NCBI GenBank assembly: GCA_907165135.1
Contig: OU015568.1
Location: 11,594,001 to 11,658,000 of the forward strand
Direction of reading: 5' to 3'
Length of the DNA: 64,000 bases
Origin: Oikopleura dioica
Taxonomy: Eukaryota; Animalia; Chordata
A program made the position numbers and the translations under genes. Positions 27,135-40,050 of this stretch are shown here, piece after piece. How positions within the stretch are numbered: the stretch's first letter is position 1; the number at the start of each line of letters is the position of its first letter. Under the pieces are notes generated by a model, which was given only the letters and a program-made list of their open reading frames with translations, did no database searches and was not told the DNA's origin.

Positions 27135-28287
27135 ATGAAAGTTTTCGGAGGAGTTTTCGCCGCTGTTTCAGCTCAGTACTACCCAACTAATCAGTGGGGA
27201 AACCAATACCAAGGTACGAATACAGGATCAATAGGAGTAGTTCAACAACAACAGCAAGGTACGAGATAATACTAGTTAGACTTGTCGTATATTCATTTTC
27301 TAAATTTTTCCGTGATATATCCGTTTAGGTTCTCAAAACAGATGGGGTCAAGGTATGGGTAGCCATCTTCAGGAAGTCGTCGGTCCACATATCCCCGAAA
27401 AATGCTTCATGCGAGATGTTGACATTGACGGAAACATCTGGAGAAGCAACGTTGTTGCCGATGCTACTCGAGTTTATTCCGCTGCTGCTTGCCAGCAATC
27501 CTGCAAAGAATTCGTCAACGCCGGCTGCGAGTGGTTCGTCTGGGAGCGCGACTCAAACGAATGCACTTTGTACAAGGATATCGAGGAGATTGAACATGAT
27601 GTCGACAGCGACGTTAAGTTCACTGGCCCACGAGATGGTTGCCTTGGTTGCCACTTGGAAGGTTTCGATTTTTACCAACGACATGGACGTAACAGCCTCG
27701 TTGGCTATCAAAGAATCGAGACTGTCCAGGTAACACAGAAAGTGTGGAACGGCTCCTAAGAGATTCTAGAGCGTTTTTGAATGCGCGGAAATTTGTGAAT
27801 ACGCTGATGAGTGCGAATATGTGACCTTTGACAAGTCGCGCAAGTTTTGCTACCTTAAATCACCCGAAGCCCGCCGCTACCAAGAATCCAATCCCGATTT
27901 TGATAGCGCCGAAAGTGGATGCAGCAATTCTTACTGCGTCATGATGGTAAAATTGATATGTCAAGGCAATAGCGGTTTTATGAACGGTATTTTTAGAATT
28001 CTGAGCTCACCGATAGCATGTGGTCTAACTTTGACGTTGTAACTCGAGCACCAAATGGTGGTGTTGAAGGTGTCCGAAGCGTAAGTGTCTATATTATGAT
28101 GATGTAGAAATACTAATTTAAGGACGATGATTGCCACCGAATCTGCAGAAATGTGATGGACTGTGAATTCTGGACCTACGACACTGATGATCGTATTTGC
28201 TACCTTCTCAAAAATGCGGACATGCTCGAATATTCCTCGGACAAGATTTCTGGCAAGAAAGACTGCATCGTTCGACATGGACATTGA
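27135..28287 (+). CDS. Secreted PAN/apple-domain protein (three domains)
   Basis: Signal peptide MKVFGGVFAAVSAQ; CQQSCKEFVNAGCEWFVWERDSNECTLY; ECAEICEYADECEYVTFDKSRKFCYLK; CHRICRNVMDCEFWTYDTDDRICYLLK. Confidence 0.85.
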
Positions 28288-28457
28288 ACTGTTTTTACAA
28301 CAATTAATTAGAGTCAATAAAAGGCAAATTTGAGGAAGTGGCTTGGCTGTGTATTGGGATCAGAGACAGTACGGATAGGTTGTTTAGTTTAAATAAGGTT
28401 TGAAATTAAGACTGTGATTTACAGGGCATAATTTGTTTGACATTTTGGAAATCTGGC

Positions 28458-28918
28458 TTAGCCGACAATGTCGCCAGTGAAGTCGAATCGGACGGGCTGA
28501 TCATTGGGGTAGTCGTGGAGGAATTCAAATTCATTGTCCAAACTGGGTTCGAAGTACGGGTCAATGCTCTGATCAGGCCAATATTGTACAGCTGGGGTTC
28601 GGAGGCGGCGGGCATCTCGGCGCTTTTTCTTGAGCAATTTCTGAAGAAATAATGTTAATGCTTGTTTGTAGTGTTATAAGATTAGCTTCGAAAAATTTTT
28701 TAAATTATTACCTTCAATTGTCGAATTGAGAGTGATTCGGGATCGACGCAATCGTTTGTTTTGCGAACTAAATATAAAATAAGTATTTTGTTCATATCCT
28801 TTATCAAATCTCTTGTCTTCTTCTTTCAATCTCTTTACTTACTTTCTTTTTTGCTTCTGCTTCTGTGCGGATAGGCTTGAGCTGTGAGCGCGAGAGTCAA
28901 AATGAGCAAGATGTTCAT
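28458..28918 (-). CDS. Small secreted protein (104 aa, 3 exons), possible peptide precursor
   Basis: Canonical splicing gives MNILLILTLALTAQAYPHRSRSKKEIRKTNDCVDPESLSIRQLKKLLKKKRRDARRLRTPAVQYWPDQSIDPYFEPSLDNEFEFLHDYPNDQPVRFDFTGDIVG*. Confidence 0.7.
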
Positions 28919-29556
28919 TTTGTTTAAATATCTTTTAAATAAAGGGAAGGTTGGTTAATTTAAATAATGAGTCTTCTGAAGAAGAAAATTGGTTTTATAC
29001 CCGCGCCAAAAGGTCAGTAGTCGTAACAGTGGCGCTTTCGATAATTTCAATCGGCGAGGTGGCGTAATTAGGTAGTCAAAGATGCTGCACTTCACCATTT
29101 ATTTGGCGCCAGGCAACTCCTAATAACTATTTTTATTTACGTCAAAGGAATGCTGATCTTTTGTTATAAGACACGATACATATAATCATTATATCATGAT
29201 TATCATTCGTGTGACCTCACGCGACTTCAAAATTGTAAAGAAGAAGTAAATCTTCTTGTCTTCTGGAGAGGTAAATATTTTCAAGTTTCAGGAATTTATA
29301 GCGTCTCCTCGAAAATACTCGAAAATCGGTGAGCCTTGCGCAGCGCAATAACGGAAGAATCGCATAAGAACTGGAATTTATTGAGAAAGAATCACCCGCT
29401 TTCTCCGAAGACTCGTCAAAACCTTCTTCGATAAGCTCGCGGTTCTTATCTCTAACGTCACATGTCGGACATCTTTGGTGATATAAATTCATCCCGTTGC
29501 GGAAATAGCTTAATTGAACAACGATAAGTTGGTAATAACAGAGAATTTGTATAATT

Positions 29557-31683
29557 ATGCGTTGTGCGTTAATTTCTACGTTCATAGCAGCCAGTGATGT
29601 ACTGGCAGATACAGATTGCGGAAAACTCCAAGGGCCACTTTCAGGACTTGAATGTGGAGAGGAAAGGTGGTGTTCGAATGGTTTTACTTGCAATATTCAA
29701 GGTACGTGTACTTGTAACCGAAAATAACCGTGAATTATTTACTGCTTTGTCCTCTTTTCGAATCAATCAATCAATTAAGCGGACTCCTGCGACTACACAT
29801 GCGAAGAAAATTGCCCTTCGGTGATCTTAATAGGAAATGCTCCCACTGATGAAGATTTACCCGGGCGCCAGGAGACCTCCGTTCTTGGGGAAGTTTGTCA
29901 AAGCTCTGCCTTTGAAGACCGGAGAAAGGACCTCGAGCATTATAAGTGCTCAATGAGGTAGGGAAGAGCTTGATTTAATCGTGTTCTATTGATGTTCTTT
30001 TAAGTAATGAGGGCTTGATAGTCAGTGTCACCGTTCCGGATGTCGTCAGATTGTACGACTGGGACACGCGCAAGATTACTCTTATTCCAAAGTCTGTAGC
30101 GGACAAACAGGAACAGTTGACAAAAATACTTCTGCATTCCGTTCTCTCAAGAATTTCAGTAAGTCAACTCGCTCTCAGGATCCTAAGAAGCCAACAACTG
30201 TATTTGAAAGCATCGGCGCTACTGATCAGAATGCCTGCATCGGAATCGCTAGTAATGGTTTCGTCCATTTTAACGTCTCGCAAAACGAAAACTGTCGATT
30301 TGACAAATCCGATTTTGACAATGGAATGCATGAGTACAAGTTCACCGTGGGATACGATGATTTAGTCGACGATACAAATCCCTTGAAAGACGGCACATTT
30401 CCGGTTATTAAATACGGTCGTCAATGGGATCTTAGGTTAGTTTGACACTAGCAATATCCGGCGGATATTGGCCGGATGAAACATTCTGGCGGGTTTTTTC
30501 ATGCCTTGAACTTCAAGGTTAAGATTATGTAATATGATAATAGCTTATAAGTAGTTAGCTAGAAAGCATATGCTGCTATAGCAAAAGAATTCAACTTGTT
30601 GTATTTTAGCTGCTCTCTCGATGGGCTCGGAGCTAACTCAGTCGAGGTCTCCGCTAGCGGTGATAGACTGCTGGACCTAATGGATGACACCGAAAAAATC
30701 GACTTCGATCTTGAAGTTTTCGGCGCAAATGACTTTAAAACTCCCTTCACGACGAAAAACATTGATCCAATGGTGGAAGAAATTCCGTATGCTTACTTCA
30801 AAGCGTCCGCTTTTATCAAGAATGAATTCCCAGACGACGAAACTGATCATTTTCTGCATATAAAAAGATGTAACGCAGAGCTCATTGATACTTCTGGACA
30901 GTCGCTGCAGACACAGCGATTACTATTCAAGGGGTGCAAAGAAGACAATGCCTTTGCAGATAGAAATGTTCTCCGTAAGAAACGATTATCATCTTCTTTT
31001 TAATGAAAAGCATTCAGAATACGATCGAGTTCTTATGGACGCATACAACAGCGATTATTTCCGTCTTCATCTGTGGAAGCCACACGGGTACGGAGAGTAT
31101 GAATTCTCCGTGACATGCCACATGTCTGTCTGCACGATGGCGGATGTTCTAGCTGGAAATAAACATTGCATTGATAATTGCGATCGCTACGATGCATTTA
31201 AAAGGTAAACGTATTAACTCTTTACAAAATTGCAAACCGTTTTTCAGTAATGGTAGAAAGCGAAGATCTACTACCTTTGATGAGTCCTTGATCCCTCGAC
31301 ATGAAGTTTCGAAAACCATCCGTATAAAATTTCTTGAGCACGGCAGCGCCCCCTCTCCCAAGATAATTCATATTAGCGATGATATCATTTCCCTCCCAGA
31401 CATAGAAGTTCTTGATAATAAGAACCGTTTCGTCCCCCTCGATGTATATTATCACGAAAATAATGTAGAATCTAGTGGGGAAGAATTCAAGCCGGAAATA
31501 ACCCTCAAAATTTCACCCGATAATTCTGTTGATGATGAGCATCGCTTTCCAACAGAAATCAGGAATATCCCGGAGAATAATTTCCAATTGAACAACAGAA
31601 ACATCGCTCTTATTTCAATCGGGATTATTTGCATCAACGCGTTTGTCCTTATTTTAATCATATCAAGATGCAAACAAAACTAG
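29557..31683 (+). CDS. ZP-domain membrane protein with N-terminal Cys-rich module
   Basis: Signal MRCALISTFIAASDVLA; Cys-rich start; ZP motifs HFLHIKRCNA, LLFKGC, YFRLHLW, FSVTCHMSVC; furin site RKRRS; TM IALISIGIICINAFVLILII. Confidence 0.8.
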
Positions 31684-32705
31684 ATGTTGTGCTCAACCTG
31701 CTGATTATTTCTCACCTTCACTGCCAATTTACGTTAAATGCCCCTATAAACTGCTGTACGACAATAAACCTCTACTATCTCCTCTGAAAATGCCACTCGA
31801 ATATATAGCTGTAAATTCAAGACATAAAAATATCAGCTACGGCGCCATGAGGTGACATAAATGCGCCTAATAAACGACTTTTTGACGTCGCTTGATTGCT
31901 AAGTTAGCTAACAACTTGCAAGTCGGGAGACTCACGAGTCGTGCTCGTGGGTAAGCCGTGAATGGTGTTTTCTATTGACGTAAAAATCGTAAGGTCAATT
32001 GCTACTTCGTCTAAATTGCTGGTCTAAGAACGCGGGAATTTAGTGATCTTCAATTCCTTGGAATAAGATCACAACAACTCTCTTGTTTGAGCCATTTCGT
32101 ATTGTATTGAAGATAGAACACGTAGATAGTGTTGTTAGCTAGTCGACTACTCACTATATCAGTCACCGCAGATATAAACGCAGGATAGCACTTCAAATTT
32201 GTAAGGGGCAGAAGTTGAAAAGGAAATAAGGAATAAAAACGATCCAAGTCATTCGCGAAGTAAAATAACCATTCGTTGCCAACATAAATTTTACCAAAAT
32301 GCAGCAAGCGCTATTTGAAAGTACTATATTTCAAACCGCGCAGGCAAATATTGGCAAAGGAAACTCAAAAACTTTCGAAAACTGAAAACAAGCGACCTAA
32401 GAAATCAACGCAAGAATAAACAATTTGTCGGGTTTAGTGCAGCGTTAAAAGATTGTTCGACAAACGATTACTTTTTCAAGGAGATATGCTAGAAACATGA
32501 GACTCTCATGATGAGAGAAGCTCCGCCACGATTTAAGGGGTGATTTGGCTATTCTTTTAGTAGATTTGATCTTCTATTCAAAGATGGACATAACAAAAAG
32601 AGCCTCCAGTGAAGGAGAAAAAAAGATTGGTTTAAAGATTTAGTTTTGACAGAAATAGAATTGTTTGATGAAACGGTAAAGATGAGTGCCACGAATTCAG
32701 CGCCA

Positions 32706-33753
32706 TTAGTGAGGTCTCTTTTGATCAGCGTCTCCGTTCGTGCAGGCAGCTCCGTTTTGCGTCTCGAACATCTCGCCTGATTGTTTCAGGATATCCTAAA
32801 GGCGGGTGAAGGAAAGATAGAAGGAATAGGGAGAGTACCTGGATATGGCAAATGATCAAATTAATAGCGACTTCATTTTCAACACCACGGGGCACGATGA
32901 CATCAGCATACTTCTTCGTAGGCGCGCAGAACTCATCGTATGACGGTTTCACAAAGCTGAATGATTCTTACGAAGAAGGAACTAAACTGAATAATCTTAC
33001 GAAGTATACTGCTTGATGATTGAGTCGATCGTTCTCCCTCTTTCGGCCGTATCTCGTCTAACTCTTCTTGCCAATCTCGTATCGGCGTCGCAGTCGATAA
33101 ATAGCTTCATGTCGCAAATCTCTCTAATCTTTCTGTAGTAGAAGAGCATAATTCCCTCCAGAAGAATGACTTCAGCGGGCTGAACGGGCTCAAACTCGCC
33201 AGTGCTCCTGTGAGTCTAGTAAAACGAGTTACAGTATACTTTCGGTTGCAAAAAGTATACTTTGAAGTCGTAAATGGGGATCTTCCCAGGTCGACCTTCG
33301 CACAGATCGATCAGCAGTTCGTAGATGGCAGCGTCGTCGATAGACTTTGGATGATCGAAGTTGTATTCGGATTTGTGCGCCAGCTCCAGATCATCCGGTT
33401 CAAGATCGCGGTAGAAGCTGTCTTGCGAGATGGAGACCACAGACATGGCGCCCAATGTATTCAGCTGAAAATATTTTTGAGTGAACTGGGATTATATTCT
33501 AAAGATCTCAACTTTAACGAAAAAAATGATAACCAACTAAAAGCCAGTGATTATAAACTTATATGATCACTTTTAAAAACGCGAAAGAGAAAAACAGTTA
33601 GCTGAGATACTGTACCTCGGAGTCGATCTTACTTACCTCTGTAATGATCTTCTTACAGACGCTGGACTTCCCCGAGTTTGTGCCCCCAACGACGCCGATG
33701 ATGTACGGTTTTGGCTTGGTTCCGTTCGGTCGTTGAATCTGTGCGCTTGGCAT
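32706..33753 (-). CDS. UCK: Uridine-cytidine kinase
   Basis: [18 protein letters not shown]-loop; [10 protein letters not shown]; YNFDHP; VILLEGI; DADTRLARR; [24 protein letters not shown]. Confidence 0.95.
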
Positions 33754-35302
33754 GCTAATGGAACGCGTTATCTTTCGGCTTTGGAAACGGAAGTTCCGGC
33801 GCGGTAGAAATGGTGCGGGATTATGAATTTCTAGTTTACGCTTTTTACTACTGCGGTGCGTGTATGGCAAGTCTGAGAATGGCTTAGTACATACTCATAA
33901 AGGTAGTTATGATTGGATATTTCCCCTTGAAGAATGCGTGCGTTCCGTTCGCGCTGCAACCGCTCAACTGTACTCAAAAGTCGAATGAAAATGCCCCTGG
34001 AGATGGATTTCAAACCTTTTGAAACAGGAGCCGACATAAAGATAAATGAATAAATGCGAATGAAATAATTGAGTTTTAAAACTGAGCTTGATAACTGAAG
34101 CAGGATAACATGCATTAAAAGATTCTAGAAATAAACGTCCCCTGGTCGTTTTTGCTTTGCCCCCGAGCGTGAGAGAATATCCTATCTGCTGCGTGAAATT
34201 ATAAAAGCCTTGCTTGATTATTTTGGTCTATTTTGCGGTCTGTTTGAGTGTTTGCAATGATCGGTGCATCCATCAGGTTCTCCATGCTTGGTCTTTACTG
34301 CTACAAGAAGTTATAAGTCAAATACCTGCTGGTAACGGTCATACGGGCGAGATTACCGCTCGATCGCGAAATCAGCTGAAATATCACTCGACTTACACTA
34401 ATTGTGTGCTTGCCACGTTCTCCTTCACTCTGAAAATAAACGCCCTTCAGTCTCTCTTACTGAAATTACAGTCGTAAAAAGTATTCAGTTGCAAAAGGAC
34501 AATAATTTAGCAGCTGCAATTATAGTTACATAATATCATGTGCTTGAGGAGAATTTAACAGGCTGTTTAAATTGTTTTATGCGAGAGCAAATATTAGTGT
34601 CTGTTCAGGCAAAATAGTGCACTTTGAACGAGGGTTCAAAATTTCGCTTGAATAGTTTTACCTTGCTAGATAATCGTTGATACCTACAGTGTTACAGCTA
34701 CTTGAGGGTCTAAAAAAGAAATTACACTTTCTCTTTTTTTTAGAATGAGGCCAATCTTATCCAGCCGCGGTTTTATACGGTACGCGCTGGGTGATCGCCT
34801 GTGAACGCAAATCCTAACAAAACGTCACTTTGACCTCATTGATATGGAACGAACTGCATTTTTCAATTTCTCAGCCCTCCTTATCTCTCTTCGCACAGAC
34901 AGTATTTTCGAACAGCGCATGCTAAATTGTTGACTTGTTTGGAAATTGTTTTTGAAACGAACTTTTGTTGTAGAAAACAACTTTAAAGAACAAGTTTTCT
35001 GTAAGAAACAGAAACGTAAAACTGAACTCACGCAAGTCAAATTGAAACCGACAAAAAACGCCTTCTAGAGACATAGAAAAATTTGCTGGAAAATAAAATA
35101 AAATGGCAAGAAAATAATAAAGTAGAAAAAATATGTAGAAAAGAACAAAGATTCTAGCGTAGCAGTAAATTTATTTCAGTAACTCTATTCGAATATTCTA
35201 GGTTTGTATTTTGGTTATCCATTATTTTGATAGACTATCATTTGTTTTCACCACGGGAATTTTTCAGGACAGATTTTTTGAACACAGCTCTTATCGGCGA
35301 GG

Positions 35303-38300
35303 CTAATCGTCGGCAAGTTTGACCTTGACTCTGTAGAATTTCGTGTGCGACGGAAGATTGTAGCGGTTTTTGCTCCGTCGAGTTACACATAGAACGGGTT
35401 TCTCTGCGATTTCACACTAGGCATTTTAATGAGTCTTCCATGATTTCAAAGATACAAATTTACCTCAAGACAAATTTCAGTATCAGTGCATTTATCAGGC
35501 TTCTCCAATCCAAGGGAATCAAAGCATCCTTCGTGGACAAAATAGAACCTTAATCCGGTCGTGTGCAAAACGTACTGCTTCTTGTCTTTGTTGAAAATGA
35601 CCAAAACAGAGTCGCCAACTTGAAAGTGATCGCGCTCATCGGCGTCTTTTGAACCTTCTGGAACTGGGGATTGATTGGCGGGGGAGTCACTGGATAGGCC
35701 TGGGTGACACGATTGCGTCATTAAGTTCGATCCGCTTCCGCCGTGGCTTTTTATCGGAATAGGAGAGGGCGAGCTCGGCCAAATTGGGCCAATCGCGATG
35801 CTTTGCTCCATCAAGCCAACATTGGGCTGATGCGCTTTAAGACTTTCCGCAAGTGATCTGTACTCGTCGCGCTCGTCGGTAACACGAGCGATGTCGATCT
35901 TTATTCTTTCATAAGAACGCTCAAGCTCGTTTTGCCGCGTTTTAGCTGCTTCATTGAGTTCGAGCTTTTGACGGAGCTCGAGAAGCTGTTCTTCGAGATC
36001 CATGTTCGTGCGCTCGAGCTCATGGACGGAGGAGCGCTGGTTTGAAAGCTCAAGCTCGAGTGAGGTGATTTTCTGATCGCGCTGGAACATCTCTGATTTC
36101 ACTATTGCAAATTTTAAATAAATCGATGTAAAACTTTGACATACCTTCATCAAGTTCACATTTGAACTGATCTCGCTCTGTCGACACTTCTTCTATACTC
36201 TCTTCAAGCTCCTTTTCCTTTGATAACGTGCGATCTTCGTGCGCGTGGTATTTTGCTTCAAGAATTTCGAAGAGCTTGACAAGCATGGCCAAATGCTCCG
36301 AGTTTTCTTTCGCCAGTTGCTCAGCATCGACGACTTTCTTAGCCAAGAGGATTTCAACTTCACTTTCGACATCGTCTGTTTGCGAAAAGGATTCGGTACG
36401 TCGAGGTCGAGAAGTTTGTATTTCAATGGATCGAAGTGATGAGGACTCTGTTTGGACTTCTAGATCCGAGACAGGTGATTTCGGTGAGTCGAATTGAAGA
36501 CCAAAAGAAGCACTAGAATTCCTTGAGAAGGATGCACGGACGCTATCTTACCTCAGAGGAATGGCCTGCCCAGAAAAGTCATCAACTTCTTTTGAAGGTG
36601 TTTGTGAAGATATAGAGCTCGAAGTTTTAGGTACAGAAAATTCAGAGGACGAGATTTGAAGAGCTTTACTTTCCGTCTTCGTCAGGACAGTCTCGACTGC
36701 TGCCTCGGCGGATCCCACCGTGGAAGTCTGCAAGCAGGCGTTTTCGAACTCTGGCGCGTCAAAGAACTCGTCCTCTTTCTCGGGCTCGGGATCAGTTTGG
36801 AAGGCACTGTCCTGGAACCAAGGCAGCGGGGGAGGTAAAAATGAGGGCGAAGCGGGATGAGGTAATTCGTGACTTGACAGTTCGGGGGTTAGACGTTCAA
36901 TGTTTGAGCTTTGGATTGTTGAAAATGAAAGGTTCTGCCTGATTCTATAAGACTTATTTGGTCAACAATTTCCTTTGGTTCGGAAGAGGGCTCCTGGGCA
37001 GAAATTTTACAAGCGCTGGACATTCAATATCTAGTTCATCTCTTCGTTCCCTCTCTTTTGAGCATACTCGTTCAGCGAAAACTCGTTGTCTCTCATGCCA
37101 CTTGCTGTACTTTTCTCCAAAATGCTTCCTCGAGTGGATCTCCTCAATCACATGGCCGAAGTCATCCGCTCTCGGGATTTCCTTGAGCACTCCACTGAGC
37201 TTCATGATTCTTTGGACGCGCCGGCGATTTTGAATGAAGCCAACGTCCGCCTGATACAAATCGTTTTGGCGCTGAAAGACCTCCCCGATTATCCGACGGG
37301 TCGAAAGAAGGAGCTTCTTTTTGTACTCGAAGCAACTTTCTGTGAATCGTTTTACTTCCATATGATTGTGGAGCATTATCCGAAGATTGTTCGTCCCCGA
37401 TGCTCCTTGCCCCCTGAAAACATACTCAAAATAATGTTTTCTTTGACAAAAATTACATGGAACGCTCCATCGAATGATAAATCTGCTCTTGCTGCTTGAA
37501 ATTCTCCGTTACGGCTTCGTAGTTTTCTTCCAGCGATGCGATCGTTTTTTCTGCATTCGTCAAGTTTCTGCAACATGATTTAATGGGAATGTGTGTTTCT
37601 TTTTTACCTGATAGGTGTGTTGAGTAAATTACCAAGACGATTTTTGGAGTCGATGATGATTTTCAATGATACCTTTGAAATTGTAGCTTCCAAACTAAAG
37701 AAAATCGGTGAAGAACGGTATACGATTTACGAAAGGAGACTATTACCTTTCAAGAATTTTCTGGTACGAGTTTGTCGTGTCGAGTTCGATGAAGTCAATC
37801 ATCTTGATTTTACTGGGCGACATGCATTCAGGGACGTAATCAGTCTTCAGCCTTTCCATGCGTTGACGAGCTGTGGCAATGAGGGATGAGATGTTGGCGA
37901 AGTTGCGCTCGAACTCGGGGAATAAATCTTCGTTGGCAACCAAATGGGCGCGGTACTTGGCCTGGACAGAGTCCAGATTCTTGAGCGCGACGTCGAGAGC
38001 GTACAGAATGAGGCGGTAGCTTTGGATTGTTGTTTTTGCTTTTGAAAACCACTGAAAAGAACAATTTTAATCACAGCAAAAGATGTAAGAGTAAAGAATT
38101 ACCTCTCGGTCATATTTGAGGATGGACTCGGCCACTTTGGCGAATTGATCGGCCGAAAACTGCGATGGGTCCAAATTGATAAACTAAAAATATTTTTCTA
38201 ACCTTGTTTTTCTTCTCAAATGAAAATATTTACCTCGTAGAATTCATCCTCCACATCTGGCAAGGGACCTAACTCGGCGTAGGACACTTCCGGGAGGCGA

Positions 38301-38967
38301 ATATCGAATAAACATAATGGCCTGCTATCGGAGTTTTGAAAGCCGCTGATTCTTATTCCATTTTCAAGGGCACATCCTAAATCAGCAATTTAGAAATTTG
38401 ATCGTTGCGCAATCAGAAGCAGCAGGGCGAACACAAGATTGTGTTGCCTCGTGACTTGTGGTTTTATGAGTACTTCTTGTGACTCCCTCGAGAGTCATAA
38501 CTTTTAGCCACAAACAATTCAGAGTTAAACATGACTGTAGCTCTCGGCGCTCGGCTCAGCATCCTGCTACAGGATTGCTGTGTAGAAACCTGAGTCAGGG
38601 TCCTAAAAGAAATTGAATGAAAAGCCGTACAGCGGCTGTCTTGAAAACCAGCCGCGAAGCGGCTTCGCTAAAAAATGTAAATAAAGATTGAGATGGTTAT
38701 TTTACCCTCACTCAGGTTTAAATACAGGCTGCTAAGCCCAGTTCTGGAGATTCCGTATACTTATAAAAACTCGAATTGATACTGCTGATTTGGTTTGCTA
38801 TAATAAGACTAAAGAAGCTGAAATATACCTTGTTCATCAAGGAGAATCTGTCTTTCCGGAGGAACATTTGTGTGATTGAAGAGGGAGTTTTTGAGCCCGT
38901 CGACAGTACCAGATTCTGCTCCCAGCGCACGAAGGGTCCCTGTCGACGCTTCAAACACAAAATACAT
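35303..38967 (-). CDS. RB1CC1: RB1-inducible coiled-coil 1 / FIP200 (Atg11-like)
   Basis: N-terminal MYFVFEASTGT...TVDGLK...RQILL; central coiled coil; C-terminal Claw domain FQVGDSVLVIF...YVL...YFVH and KNRYNLPSHTKFYRVK. Confidence 0.85.
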
Positions 38968-39689
38968 AAACTCGTCTTCTTCTTCCTTCTTTTTTCTCTC
39001 CTCTTCTCAAAAGAGCAAGATCATAACTCTTCGGTGCTGAAACGACCGTCTGAAAAAAATAATACGCTGAGACACGGTATCAGGCTGAGACTGGCCACGC
39101 GATTCACGATATGACAAAATAACAGTTTTGAATTGAAAAGAGTCTTGTCCGTTATTTTTTCGCTGGAAAATATGATCTTATTTTATTGTGGAGACAGAGG
39201 CAGAAAAGGGAAATTTCGAGGTGACTAGCATTGATTTTCAGCGTGATGAGAATCAATAGACGTCATCAAGTAAATGTTTGAATAGTCACTAGTGATGGAT
39301 TTTTTCTTTATTGGGGATGGAATAGAGTAATTTAAAGGCAGCAGGAACAATTTATGTAGATTGAAAGTGTAAGCATTTCAGTGTTAGGGATCAGTTTACA
39401 CGATTTAAGAATGTTGTTGATGCATTTTATAAAGTCATTTTCAATTTCTTCATTATTAGGGAACCCTATGATAAAGGTTTTGCAGATATACTTGATTCAT
39501 TATACAAAAGCGTTTTGCAAGTTTTCATCATTTAAAATTTTTAATTTTGAGAAGGAACAAAATATGAATTTTCACCCGTGTGCGCGGTCTTTCGATTCAT
39601 TTTAAAAATAGTATTATAGTCACATGTTAATAGAATTTTAAAAATAAGAGCAATAAAAAAGGTATGATCATTCTAAAGGACTTGTAGAT

Positions 39690-40050
39690 GCTTTTCATAC
39701 ATAAGAGTTCATTTTACGTTTATATATATCATATCATATATTGATAAATCAGACTTACAATCTTTAAAACTGACAAAGGTAGTAGATTATGCGCTTCATT
39801 TTATCAAAATATAAAAACTTCAACAATTTTTTGACAGATCAAAGTACCATGTATCATGGTAAAAGTTTCATAGATACTTATCATTCATAAGAGTTCATTT
39901 TAAAGTCATAAATTATGAGTAACAAATTGATATCACGGGAAGTCTATAATTGACAGTTATCAAATAGTTTTCATTTTATAAAATTAAAAAAGTCAAGGTC
40001 TTTTCAAGACTGATCTGGGAAGTAGGTTATAAGTAAATTCATTTTATAAG
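39690..40050. repeat. Degenerate AT-rich repeat region
   Basis: Near-identical ~32-mers (TAGATGCTTTTCATACATAAGAGTTCATTTTA and TAGATACTTATCATTCATAAGAGTTCATTTTA) 186 bp apart; recurrent TTCATTTTA. Confidence 0.45.
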
